DNA of 64,000 bases from an uncultured Smithella sp. (GCA_964539765.1 CAZIJZ010000001.1:52248-116247), one strand, 5' to 3'. Numbered from the stretch's first letter, positions 20,945-29,709 are shown. Notes: generated by a model from the sequence alone, not told the origin. Numbers and translations are program-made.

Positions 20945-21619
20945 TTACGCCAGTTTCTTCATAAGTTCTTCAGATACTTCTTTAACACCTACACTGCCGT
21001 CGACAGCGATAACTTTTGTTCTCTCTTTGAAATAGTTAACTGCCGCCAGCGTACCGGTTTTTGTGTCATAGTAAATGCCATGACGCTTATCAATAGCCGC
21101 TGTATCCTGATCGTCAGCGCGCGCGGACAACTCTTCGCAACCGCAGACACGGCAAACGACTTTGCCGTCATGTTCGTGCGGTTTTATCGCATCGATGAAA
21201 ATGTTGTTGGGATGGTTGTTGTCGATTTTGCAAAGTCTGCGTCCCATGATACGGTTTTTGGCTATTTCGCGATCCAGATTGATTTCGATGACGTAATCCA
21301 AATTAATTTTTTCTTTCTGCAGAGCCGCCCAGAGGGCTTCCGCCTGAGCCAGATTGCGGGGGAATCCATCTAAGAGCCAGCCTTTTTTACAATCATCTTC
21401 TTTGAGGCGGTCCAGAATCATGGGGATAGTGATATCGTCGGGGACGAGTTCGCCGCGGTCGATAAATGCTTTCGCTTTTTCGCCCAGCGGGGTCTTTTTG
21501 GAAATATTCTGGCGGAAAATAACGCCGGTTTCAATATGGGGCACGCCGTATTTCTTTTGCACGATTGCGCCTTGAGTTCCTTTGCCGCTGCCGTTGGGGC
21601 CAAAAATTAAAATATTCAC
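20945..21619 (-). CDS. adk: Adenylate kinase with extended Cys/His lid
   Basis: 224 aa. GPNGSGKGTQ P-loop. The lid contains C-x5-H-x19-C-x2-C-x-C. Confidence 0.9.
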   Translation of the reverse strand: MNILIFGPNGSGKGTQGAIVQKKYGVPHIETGVIFRQNISKKTPLGEKAKAFIDRGELVPDDITIPMILDRLKEDDCKKGWLLDGFPRNLAQAEALWAALQKEKINLDYVIEINLDREIAKNRIMGRRLCKIDNNHPNNIFIDAIKPHEHDGKVVCRVCGCEELSARADDQDTAAIDKRHGIYYDTKTGTLAAVNYFKERTKVIAVDGSVGVKEVSEELMKKLA

Positions 21620-21807
21620 TTTGTGAGACTCCTTTCAAGATAATATAAAGTTGTCGTCTTATAATGTATTAAGTATTTTTTCGCAATATAAAAGAATAGG
21701 AGGGCATGAAACTGTTGAACGAAAGAGCATTCCCGCAGGGAGGTGCAATAAAGGCCTTCTTCACTCTTCCCTGAATTACTTCACTTTTTTTATAATTTGA
21801 GTTCTCA

Positions 21808-22029
21808 TTAATGACAGGAACATCCCGGCGGGCAGGAGGTCGCTGAGCACGATGAACCGGTTGAACCCGATGACCCCTTAGACTTTCTTCTGGCAGATAC
21901 GGACATGACTTTCTCCGTTTTTTTTGATCCGCATTTCGGACAGGAAAGCCCTTTTTCCTCCGCGGAGGAAAAAATCAAACTTTCAAAAACATGCTTGCAT
22001 TTTTTACATTGAAATTCGTAAATCGGCAT
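21808..22029 (-). CDS. FmdB-family zinc-ribbon protein
   Basis: 73 aa. MPIYEFQCKKCKHVFE...CPKCGS, with a Cys/Ser-rich tail. Confidence 0.7.
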   Translation of the reverse strand: MPIYEFQCKKCKHVFESLIFSSAEEKGLSCPKCGSKKTEKVMSVSARRKSKGSSGSTGSSCSATSCPPGCSCH

Positions 22030-22064
22030 TTGTTCTCAAACCTTTTTTCATCAATGGTTTTAAT

Positions 22065-22300
22065 CCCACAGCACATTGTGGGGTATTGTCCCCTCCGCTG
22101 AGCGGAATTGTTCGACTAACCATACAGCTCCACGAAGCTTCGTATGTGGGATGATTTCCCATCCCGATTAATCGGAATGGGATAGTTCGACTTGTTCTTC
22201 AAATTTCGCTACACTCGTTTTCAGAGACTCTCACGACCACTTACGCTTCGATCTTCATTTCATTCACTCTCAGCGAGTGTCGTTAAAATTTGTGTCTCAT
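22065..22300 (-). repeat. Hairpin-repeat cluster B (mosaic of at least two degenerate units plus GC hairpins)
   Basis: The plus strand reads GGGTATTGTCCCCTCCGCTGAGCGGAATTGTTCGAC, then a CCCATCCCGAT/TCGGAATGGG hairpin, then ATAGTTCGAC ... GAGACTCTCAC ... TGTGTCTCAT. These are homologous to clusters A and C-E. Confidence 0.75.
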
Positions 22301-22353
22301 AATAAAATATACAAGAACTCGATAATGTCAAGGCTGAACCGTGAAAGATTTAT

Positions 22354-23916
22354 TTAACGGTTTATATTTCCTGCGGGAGCACGTTTCTTCTCGGCATTTT
22401 CTACTTCTTTAATGGCCTTATTAATCTCTGTGTGTCTTGCCGATCCCGGTGGGAAATATTGAAGGGCTTTGTCGAAATGAAAGAGGGCGCTGTCTTTTTT
22501 ATTTTCCTGCTGGAAGTGTAATCCGAAGTAATAATGAGAGTCTCCTTTATTGCTGAGTTTTCCATAAGCCATGGCAATAAAGTAATTAATATCCTGATGA
22601 TCAGATATTCTATCCTTAATCTTCAGGTAACAATCAAGCGCGTCTTGATATTTGCCGGAAGCAAAATATACGCGACCCAGGGCCAGCGTTGCTTCATCAT
22701 CCTGATGGTCAACGGAGGATACCTTTGAAAGGTATTCTTGCGCTAAGTTGATTTTACCCATCTTCAGGTAAAGCAACCCTGTGTTTTTTAGAATATCTTT
22801 ATCGTTGGGTGAAAGCTGCAGTGCTTTCTGATAATGCTGAAGAGCGGATTCTGTCTTTCCCATCCGATCTTCCGTTAAAGCCAGATCGTAGAGCAAATCG
22901 ATGTCATCGGGATTATCTTTTAAAGACAGTTCCAGTCTTTTGATCTTTTTGCCGGTTTCCGATGTGTCCAGAGGAATGATGGCCTGAATTCTCTTGAAAT
23001 TACCTATGATATTATATGCTCCTTTTCGATTGTACTGAGTCAGGATCAAGCTATCCATGTAGATAATACGGTCTTCGGTTCCGGGATGTGTTTTCAGGTA
23101 GGAAGGCATCGTTTTGGAGAGGAATTCATTCTGCTTCATGATTTTGAGAAAATCAATCATGGCCGTCGGAGCGTAACCCGCACGGACAAGGTATTCAATG
23201 CCCATCCGGTCCGCTTCTTCTTCATGTTCACGCATGTATCTCAAGGTCATACTGCTTGAACCCGCCAGCGAAAATGCAGCAATGGCGGCTGAGGTTTCTC
23301 CGCCTCCGCCAAGAAAAACACCGGCCAGCATGGCTGCCAGAGCCGCCATGTTTAATTTCGTCGATTTTGAAATAATACTGGCAACGTGACGCGCATTGGC
23401 GTGGCCGATTTCGTGGGCGATGACACCGGCCAGTTGGGCTTCATTTTCGGCGGCCATCATCAATCCCTTGTTGATGTAAATGTAACCGCCGGGAGTCGCG
23501 AAGGCATTGATTGCTGAGCTGTCGACGACGAAAAAATTGAACTGGAAAGGAGCTTGGGTGGTCTGCGCAAGTACCAGATTGCCGACTTTGTTGATATAAT
23601 TTCTGGTTGTGTTGTCATCAAGAATCAGGCGATGTTCAACCATTTTATCGTAAAATTCCTTGCCGAGTTTTTTCTCATCGTCAATGGTGAACTCGGCAAA
23701 ACAAATATTGGTGTTGAAAAGAAATATCAGAACAATAACAAGGAAACCAAGGGTATGAACCCCAAGGCAAGCCCCGGACCTAAATTCTTCCCCAAGGGGC
23801 GGGGTATTATACCCTCCGCTTATGGCGGGATTGTTCGACTTGCAAATTTCAGTACACTCCGTTTTTGAAATTTGAGTCTCACAATAAATATATTGATTTT
23901 GACTCGATTTACGCAT
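22354..23916 (-). CDS. M48-family Zn-metalloprotease with C-terminal TPR repeats (BepA-like)
   Basis: HEIGHANARH motif and TPR repeats. The start is set at ATG 23916; the track extends to TTG 23988. Residues 12-41 are encoded by repeat C. Confidence 0.75.
   Translation of the reverse strand: MRKSSQNQYIYCETQISKTECTEICKSNNPAISGGYNTPPLGEEFRSGACLGVHTLGFLVIVLIFLFNTNICFAEFTIDDEKKLGKEFYDKMVEHRLILDDNTTRNYINKVGNLVLAQTTQAPFQFNFFVVDSSAINAFATPGGYIYINKGLMMAAENEAQLAGVIAHEIGHANARHVASIISKSTKLNMAALAAMLAGVFLGGGGETSAAIAAFSLAGSSSMTLRYMREHEEEADRMGIEYLVRAGYAPTAMIDFLKIMKQNEFLSKTMPSYLKTHPGTEDRIIYMDSLILTQYNRKGAYNIIGNFKRIQAIIPLDTSETGKKIKRLELSLKDNPDDIDLLYDLALTEDRMGKTESALQHYQKALQLSPNDKDILKNTGLLYLKMGKINLAQEYLSKVSSVDHQDDEATLALGRVYFASGKYQDALDCYLKIKDRISDHQDINYFIAMAYGKLSNKGDSHYYFGLHFQQENKKDSALFHFDKALQYFPPGSARHTEINKAIKEVENAEKKRAPAGNINR
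23796..23883 (-). repeat. Hairpin-repeat cluster C (single well-preserved unit)
   Basis: The minus strand 23882-23827 reads GTGAGACTCAAATTTCAAAAACGGAGTGTACTGAAATTTGCAAGTCGAACAATCCC. Stem arms are at 23843-23851 and 23866-23874. Confidence 0.8.
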
Positions 23917-24011
23917 AGAAAGTTCCAAAATAATATAATTAAATATAATAGTACCTTCTTTATTTTTTAAAGACAAGTTTTCATTCAATGACAGAAAAAG
24001 GATTGTTGGTT

Positions 24012-24680
24012 ATGGATAAGAAGCCTGTGATAACAATTGATGGACCTGCCGGCGCCGGTAAAAGCACAATAAGCAAAATCCTGGCTCAGCGGCTCGGATA
24101 TCTTTATCTTGATACCGGCGCTCTTTACAGAGGCCTGGCTTATAAAGCCGTAAAACGTAAAATGCCTGTCGATAAAATTCCATCTCTGTCCGATTTATGT
24201 TCGGCAACAAAAGTAGAATTGAGAAATATGGACGGTCGGATGAAAGTATTTGTTGATGATGAGGATGTGGAAGATAAAATCCGCACGGAAGAAGTCGGAC
24301 TGGCCGCCTCAACCATATCCGCGTTTGCGGTGGTGCGCGCAAAGTTGCTTGATCTCCAGCGAGAGGCCGGTTCCCGAGGCGGGATTATCGCTGAAGGAAG
24401 GGATATGGGATCGGTCGTTTTTCCGGATGCCGATTACAAATTTTATCTGGATGCAACATTTGATGAACGGACCAAACGGAGGCATAAGGAACTGTTGCTT
24501 AAGGATAATCTGACCGATTATCAATCAATTCAAAGGGATATGAGGATCAGAGACAATCAGGACAGCCAAAGAGAAATGGCACCTTTGAAAGCGCCTGCCG
24601 GAGCAGTCATCATCCATTCTGATAACTTATCCGTTGAAGAGGTTGTTGAAAAAATTATGTCAAATATTTCGTCAATATAG
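24012..24680 (+). CDS. cmk: Cytidylate kinase
   Basis: ITIDGPAGAGKST P-loop. The alternative upstream start at 23988 is less likely. Confidence 0.9.
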   Translation: MDKKPVITIDGPAGAGKSTISKILAQRLGYLYLDTGALYRGLAYKAVKRKMPVDKIPSLSDLCSATKVELRNMDGRMKVFVDDEDVEDKIRTEEVGLAASTISAFAVVRAKLLDLQREAGSRGGIIAEGRDMGSVVFPDADYKFYLDATFDERTKRRHKELLLKDNLTDYQSIQRDMRIRDNQDSQREMAPLKAPAGAVIIHSDNLSVEEVVEKIMSNISSI

Positions 24681-24788
24681 CCAAAATATACTGAATTATA
24701 TTTAAATGATTTATGTTGATATTTAAAATCTGGTATGTTAAACCTTAAAAATTACAGGGTTTCATAAAAAACAGGGGGTATTGGTTTA

Positions 24789-26552
24789 ATGGTTAACAAT
24801 AACAACACAAACTTAACTAAACAAGGTGAGGTTGACGAGAAATCTTTGCCGAAGAATAATTCAACTTCAACAAAAGAAGAAGAAATGGATTTTAAAGAGC
24901 TTTACGAAAAAAGCCTTAATCAATTTCAATATGGTGATATAGCGACCGGCAAGGTTGTGCAGATAAAAGACGACAGAATCATGGTTGATGTCGGCTGGAA
25001 GACAGAAGGCTTTATTCCGATAGACGAAATAAAAGACGCCAAAGGAAACATTAATATTTCCGTCGGCGATGAAATAGATGTGTTTATTGATAGAAGGGAT
25101 TCCGAGGGAAATCTGGTTTTATCCAGAGACAAGGCTTCCAAAGTTAAAATATGGGATGAGATTAAAAATACCTGCGAAAACGACACGCTGGTGGAAGGCG
25201 TTGTCGTTGAAAAGGTCAAGGGAGGACTTTCTGTCGATATCGGTATTATCGCTTTTCTTCCCGGATCACAGGTCGATGTTCGTCCGGTTAAAGATCTGGA
25301 CAAATTTGTCGGTCAGACACTTGATTTCAAGGTGCTGAAATACGACAGGAAACGTAACAATGTTGTTTTATCACGACGGGCAATTGTGGCTTCGGAAAGA
25401 GAAGCAGAAAAACAGGATATCCTGAAAAATATAAAAGAAGGTAACGTCGTAGAAGGTATCATTAAAAATATAACCGATTATGGCGTTTTTATAGATCTGG
25501 GCGGCATTGACGGACTCCTTCATGTTACCGATATTTCCTGGGGGAGAATTGTCAAACCGTCTGAGATGTTTCAGAAGGGTGACAAAATTACCACGAAAGT
25601 TCTTTCTTTTGATTCAGAGAAGGAAAGAGTTTCTCTTGGCCTCAAGCAATTAACGGAAAATCCCTGGGAAAAAATAATGGAAACGTATCCCGTGGGATCT
25701 GTTGTCAAGGGGAAAGTGGTGAATTTAACCGATTACGGTGTTTTTGTAGAATTGAAATCAGGCGTTGAAGGACTGGTTCATATATCGGAAATGTACTGGA
25801 CCAGAGAAATAAAGCACCCGTCCAAAGTTCTCAGTATCGGTGAAGAAATTGATGTGATGGTGCTGGAGGTTAATCCTCAGAACAAGAGAATTTCTTTAAG
25901 CCTGAAGCAGACAACTCCCAATCCGTGGGAAAAACTCAAGGAAAAATATCCGGTTGGAACGGTGGTGAAAGGTACTGTCAGAAACATTACCAACTTTGGA
26001 GTTTTCGTGGGCGTTGAAGAAAAAATTGACGGTTTGATTCACGTGTCGGATATTTCCTGGAAGCACCGGGTAAATCATCCCTCTGAATATTTTAAAAAAG
26101 GTCAGGAAGTTGAAGCGGTCGTGTTGAACATTGATGTGGAAAATGAAAAGTTCTCCCTGGGCATCAAACAGATAGAAAAAAATCCGTGGGATGAGTTGTC
26201 GGAGAAATATGCTCCGGGCAGTGTCGTCACGGGCAAAATAACAAACTTTACCGATTTCGGCATTTTTATGGAAATTGAAGAAGGGATAGAAGGTCTTGTT
26301 CATATTTCCGAGATAAGCCAGAAGCGTGTAAAAACATCTTCGGAGCTTTATTCGGTTGGCGATACGGTTTCCGCCGTCGTGAAAAGTATTGATCCCAAAT
26401 CCAAAAAAATACGATTAAGCATTAAAGAATTGGAAGCTCCGGCTCCGACGCCCGCATCCAATCAGTACATTAACAATACGGAAAATATCGGTTCCAATCT
26501 CAGTCATGCCCTTGCTGACGTGAAAATAAACACTAAACAAAAGGACGAATAA
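24789..26552 (+). CDS. rpsA: 30S ribosomal protein S1
   Basis: 587 aa with six S1 repeats (GxV..I..fGaFV.l....GLvH.S). Confidence 0.95.
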   Translation: MVNNNNTNLTKQGEVDEKSLPKNNSTSTKEEEMDFKELYEKSLNQFQYGDIATGKVVQIKDDRIMVDVGWKTEGFIPIDEIKDAKGNINISVGDEIDVFIDRRDSEGNLVLSRDKASKVKIWDEIKNTCENDTLVEGVVVEKVKGGLSVDIGIIAFLPGSQVDVRPVKDLDKFVGQTLDFKVLKYDRKRNNVVLSRRAIVASEREAEKQDILKNIKEGNVVEGIIKNITDYGVFIDLGGIDGLLHVTDISWGRIVKPSEMFQKGDKITTKVLSFDSEKERVSLGLKQLTENPWEKIMETYPVGSVVKGKVVNLTDYGVFVELKSGVEGLVHISEMYWTREIKHPSKVLSIGEEIDVMVLEVNPQNKRISLSLKQTTPNPWEKLKEKYPVGTVVKGTVRNITNFGVFVGVEEKIDGLIHVSDISWKHRVNHPSEYFKKGQEVEAVVLNIDVENEKFSLGIKQIEKNPWDELSEKYAPGSVVTGKITNFTDFGIFMEIEEGIEGLVHISEISQKRVKTSSELYSVGDTVSAVVKSIDPKSKKIRLSIKELEAPAPTPASNQYINNTENIGSNLSHALADVKINTKQKDE

Positions 26553-26555
26553 GAC

Positions 26556-27452
26556 ATGAGAAAACATCCCGTGCTCTTTGGAATGTTAATCCTTTTTGCG
26601 TTTGGCGTGATCTTATATTTATCCTTTTACCGGGCCGGTTTTAATTCGGGAAGAGCTACCGGTTTTTCATTAAAAGATAAAATCGGCGTTGTGCCCGTTG
26701 AAGGAATGATTGCCGATTCGCTGGAAATTGCCGAACAGCTGAATGAATTTGGCAAAGATGATTCAATCATCGCAGTGGTTCTCCGGGTAGATTCGCCGGG
26801 CGGCGGTGTTGCCGCTTCTCAGGAAATATACGATGCCGTCCTTGAGCTCAAGAAAACAAAGAAAGTTGTTGTTTCCATGGGGTCGATCGCCGCTTCCGGC
26901 GGTTTGCTTGTCGCCTGCGCCGCCGATAAAATTGTCGCCAATCCCGGGACCATAACCGGCAGTATTTCAGCCATTATGCAGTTCGCTAATTTCGAAGAGC
27001 TGCTCAAAAAAGTAGGTGTAAAATCCGCCGTGGTGAAAAGCGGCGAATACAAGGACATCGGCTCTCCGTTAAGAGACATGACCCCCGAAGAAAAAGTCAT
27101 CGTTCAGGATCTGGTGGATGATATTTACAATCAGTTCGTGGATGTGATTGTAAAAGAAAGAAAACTTTCCCGGGAAAAAGTTATCGAAATCGCCGATGGA
27201 CGGGTATTTTCCGGCCGCAAGGCAAAAGAACTGGGACTGGTTGATTATCTCGGCGATATGTCTTCAGCCGCAAAACTCGCGGATAAATTAGCGGGGGGCA
27301 ACGGCAAGTTCGATTTGGTTTATCCTTCAAAGAAAAGAGCATCTGTTTTCGATTATTTTCTGGAGGGCGCGGCAAGTAAAATAAGCGCTTCACTCAAGGA
27401 AAAAATGGAGATGAAAAGCGGTTTAAGTTACTTATATTATCCCGGAAGATAA
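26556..27452 (+). CDS. sppA: Signal peptide peptidase SppA (36K type, S49)
   Basis: 298 aa. N-terminal TM helix and the SPGGGV...GSIAASGG motif. Confidence 0.85.
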   Translation: MRKHPVLFGMLILFAFGVILYLSFYRAGFNSGRATGFSLKDKIGVVPVEGMIADSLEIAEQLNEFGKDDSIIAVVLRVDSPGGGVAASQEIYDAVLELKKTKKVVVSMGSIAASGGLLVACAADKIVANPGTITGSISAIMQFANFEELLKKVGVKSAVVKSGEYKDIGSPLRDMTPEEKVIVQDLVDDIYNQFVDVIVKERKLSREKVIEIADGRVFSGRKAKELGLVDYLGDMSSAAKLADKLAGGNGKFDLVYPSKKRASVFDYFLEGAASKISASLKEKMEMKSGLSYLYYPGR

Positions 27453-27465
27453 AGGAAAGTTTATT

Positions 27466-27750
27466 ATGACAAAAAACGATTTGATAAAGAAATTACAGGA
27501 AGAACTCAAAACCTATTCTCTCAAGGATGTAACTTATGTCGTCAATATAATATTTGATTCGATGATTGACGCGATAAAGCGCGGCGAGCGCATTGAGTTA
27601 AGGGGATTCGGTAGTTTCGAGGTCCGGGAAAGAAAACCGCGCATGGGTCGTAATCCCAAGTCAGGTGCGCAGGTGAAATTAAAGGAGAGAAAAGTTCCCT
27701 TTTTTAAAACAGGAAAAGAACTTCGCCTCATGGTAGATAATAAAAAATGA
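27466..27750 (+). CDS. ihfB: Integration host factor beta subunit / HU-family DNA-binding protein
   Basis: 94 aa. RGFGSFEVRERKPRMGRNPKSG arm motif, and the cmk-rpsA-ihfB context. Confidence 0.75.
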   Translation: MTKNDLIKKLQEELKTYSLKDVTYVVNIIFDSMIDAIKRGERIELRGFGSFEVRERKPRMGRNPKSGAQVKLKERKVPFFKTGKELRLMVDNKK

Positions 27751-28514
27751 CATACCATACGTTAATTGTTGAAAAGAAAAAAAAGGTCGCCGTCATTAAA
27801 TTGAATCGCCCTCATGAAATGAATGCGATTAGCAAGGAAATGCATCAAGATTTGTATGATGTATTTACCAATTTGGAAACCGATTCCGATGTGCGGGCGG
27901 TCGTTCTGACCGGCGGAGAATATGTCTTCTCGGCAGGCATGGATATCAAAGAACTGAACAGCCTGCCCGATAAAGAAAGCGATGAATTCCTCAAGTCCAT
28001 GATGAAGTATTTAAAAAAGATCTATACGTTTAAGAAACCGGTGATTGCTGCGGTGGGCGGAATCGCTCTGGGCGGCGGTTTTAATCTGGTTACTGTTTGC
28101 GATCTTGTCGTCGCATCGGAAAGCGCCATCTTCTGTCATCCTGAATTGAAATTCGGATTTAATCCATTCTTTTATCCTCTGAGTCAGATTGTCGGCATTA
28201 CAAAGGCCAAGGAAATCGTCATGCTGGGAGAACCAATCGGAGCCAATGAAGCGTTGAAACTGGGTCTGGTCAGTAAAGTTGAACCGCCGGAAAGATTCAT
28301 GGAAGTGGCGGAAAGCATCGCGGATACTCTCTCTCAGCGTTCTCCGAGAGCTTTTGAAGAATTGAAAAATCTGTGCTCCATTGTACCCCGCATGGATAAA
28401 ATGGCCGCCATGGATATTGAATCATCAATCTGCGCTTTGCTCTTTACGCGCGATGAACGAAAAGAGCAAATGAAAGAAGTTTTGTCTAAAGATAAGTCAA
28501 AAAAGAAGGCTTAA
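27747..28514 (+). CDS. Enoyl-CoA hydratase/isomerase family protein
   Basis: 255 aa. Crotonase motifs (VVLTG...FSAGMDI, AAVGGIALGGG). ATGA overlap with ihfB. Confidence 0.8.
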   Translation: MTYHTLIVEKKKKVAVIKLNRPHEMNAISKEMHQDLYDVFTNLETDSDVRAVVLTGGEYVFSAGMDIKELNSLPDKESDEFLKSMMKYLKKIYTFKKPVIAAVGGIALGGGFNLVTVCDLVVASESAIFCHPELKFGFNPFFYPLSQIVGITKAKEIVMLGEPIGANEALKLGLVSKVEPPERFMEVAESIADTLSQRSPRAFEELKNLCSIVPRMDKMAAMDIESSICALLFTRDERKEQMKEVLSKDKSKKKA

Positions 28515-28525
28515 TTAAGTAAATC

Positions 28526-28810
28526 TTACAGGCTATCCCAGTCATTGCCCGGCGCGGCAAAATCTTTGAGTTGATCCCGTCTCTTTTTATGCTGGAGTTT
28601 CTTCAGTGCTTTGGCTTCAATCTGGCGAATACGTTCGCGGGTAACTCCCATCATATCACCGACTTCTTCGAGAGTAAACGGACCGTAATTGCAGGCGACC
28701 CAGGTGCAGTTCAGAAACGATTCGTTTTTCAAGCGCCATTCACAGGTTGTATCGGTACAGATTTCACTGATCAGGGTATTCTTTTTCTTGCATTTATACA
28801 TATTAATCAT
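28526..28810 (-). CDS. Free-standing sigma-70 region 4 (HTH) protein with Cys-rich N-terminus
   Basis: 94 aa. [26 protein letters not shown] closely resembles RpoD region 4.2. There are five Cys in the first 40 residues. Confidence 0.65.
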   Translation of the reverse strand: MINMYKCKKKNTLISEICTDTTCEWRLKNESFLNCTWVACNYGPFTLEEVGDMMGVTRERIRQIEAKALKKLQHKKRRDQLKDFAAPGNDWDSL

Positions 28811-28891
28811 GGAGAAAACTCCTTGTTGTTAAGTTTTGCTTGAATATAATGATTTATTTAAGGAAATCAAGTAAAAATATGAAAATATTTT

Positions 28892-29092
28892 AATGAGACC
28901 CAAATTTCAGAAACGAATAACCTAAATAACCTAAAGGTCACTGTAGGGTCACTATAAGCGCACTGAAATTTGTAGGACGTAATGAAACACAAAATTCAGG
29001 AATAAAATGAACTGAATTTTGTAAGTCGAATTATCAAATCCCTATGTATCGGGATTTGAAACTATACCCACCGCGAAGCGTTAGGGGATAAG
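28892..29092 (+). repeat. Hairpin-repeat cluster D (two units, the first with a 41-nt insertion in its loop)
   Basis: ATGAGACC box. Stem 1 is 28901-28910 with 28963-28972. Stem 2 is 28990-28999 with 29012-29021. This is followed by AAGTCGAATTATC and an AAATCCC/GGGATTT hairpin. Confidence 0.8.
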
Positions 29093-29125
29093 GTAAAAAA
29101 TCAAAAAGCGAAAAATAATAGTATC

Positions 29126-29458
29126 TTAGAATCCTATTTTTTCCTTGGGTCTTCTTTCCGGAACGTATTGTTGTTCGATTTTTCCTTCGTTCCATTCGGC
29201 GGAAACGTATAAATTACAGAAACAACTGCCGTATTCTTTGATATCTTCCGGCCGGTACTGACAGGGGCAGATAATATCGGTGTCCTTTTCTCGGCTACCA
29301 GCCGCCAGGCGGCAAGGGCAGCACATATAACCGTAGCGTTCTTTATTGACTAAAAGGTCGGCCAGAATGCTCAAGACCCAGTCTTTGTCTTTGTTGAAAA
29401 AATACCCCTTAGGCTCCTGAGCCTTCTTCATCATGTCGTAGAGTTCAGCGGGAGTCAT
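29126..29458 (-). CDS. Ferredoxin:thioredoxin reductase catalytic-subunit-like protein
   Basis: 110 aa. CPC-x14-CPC-x12-CFC cysteine pattern of the FTR beta family. Confidence 0.7.
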   Translation of the reverse strand: MTPAELYDMMKKAQEPKGYFFNKDKDWVLSILADLLVNKERYGYMCCPCRLAAGSREKDTDIICPCQYRPEDIKEYGSCFCNLYVSAEWNEGKIEQQYVPERRPKEKIGF

Positions 29459-29709
29459 TAGATGCCCAAAGCCTCCTTAATGGCGTTTTCCTTGAAACCG
29501 ATGATAACCTTATCGCCGATTAAAATGGTCGGGAAAGAACGGTCGGGATTGTACTGCGTCACTTCTTCCAGAATCTTCTGCCGGTCTTCGCCCTGCAGCA
29601 GATCGACATCAACACAATCAAAAGGAATGCTGTTCTCGTTTAAAAATTTCTTTGTCGCCTTGCAGTGACTGCACGTGCTCAACGTGTAAATTTTAATTTT
29701 AGCGGCCAT
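29458..29709 (-). CDS. Glutaredoxin-like protein (YruB/NrdH-like)
   Basis: 83 aa. The CSHC active site lies in a thioredoxin fold. The stop/start junction is shared with the FTR-like gene. Confidence 0.8.
   Translation of the reverse strand: MAAKIKIYTLSTCSHCKATKKFLNENSIPFDCVDVDLLQGEDRQKILEEVTQYNPDRSFPTILIGDKVIIGFKENAIKEALGI

Noticed and set aside
21924-22154. The 76-aa plus-strand ORF spanning repeat cluster B, and other small ORFs over repeat clusters (e.g. 32082-32300).
   Set aside because: These reading frames are created by the repeat sequence itself. They have no RBS and are not conserved between repeat copies in frame.
22100-22190. GTTCGA(C/A) boxes preceded by GC stems, resembling tRNA T-arms and suggesting tRNA genes or tRNA-derived SINE-like elements.
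   Set aside because: No cloverleaf can be drawn: there is no acceptor stem pairing, D-arm or anticodon arm at the proper spacing. The motif is GTTCGAC, not GGTTCGAAT. No tRNA is called.
23917-23988. The track's longer N-terminal extension of the M48 protease (TTG 23988, MNENLSLKNKEG...).
   Set aside because: It would start at the same base as the divergent cmk track ORF and leave no promoter space. ATG 23916 is the more conservative start. It is still uncertain; see the finding on the repeat-encoded N-terminus.
28916-28955. Short tandem duplications (AATAACCTA x2, GGTCACT..TA x2) and the dispersed hairpin repeats, considered as a possible CRISPR array.
   Set aside because: There are only two copies of 9-10 nt with no spacers of regular length. 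The dispersed repeats are not regularly spaced, and no cas genes are present. They are interpreted as micro-duplications inside a repeat loop.
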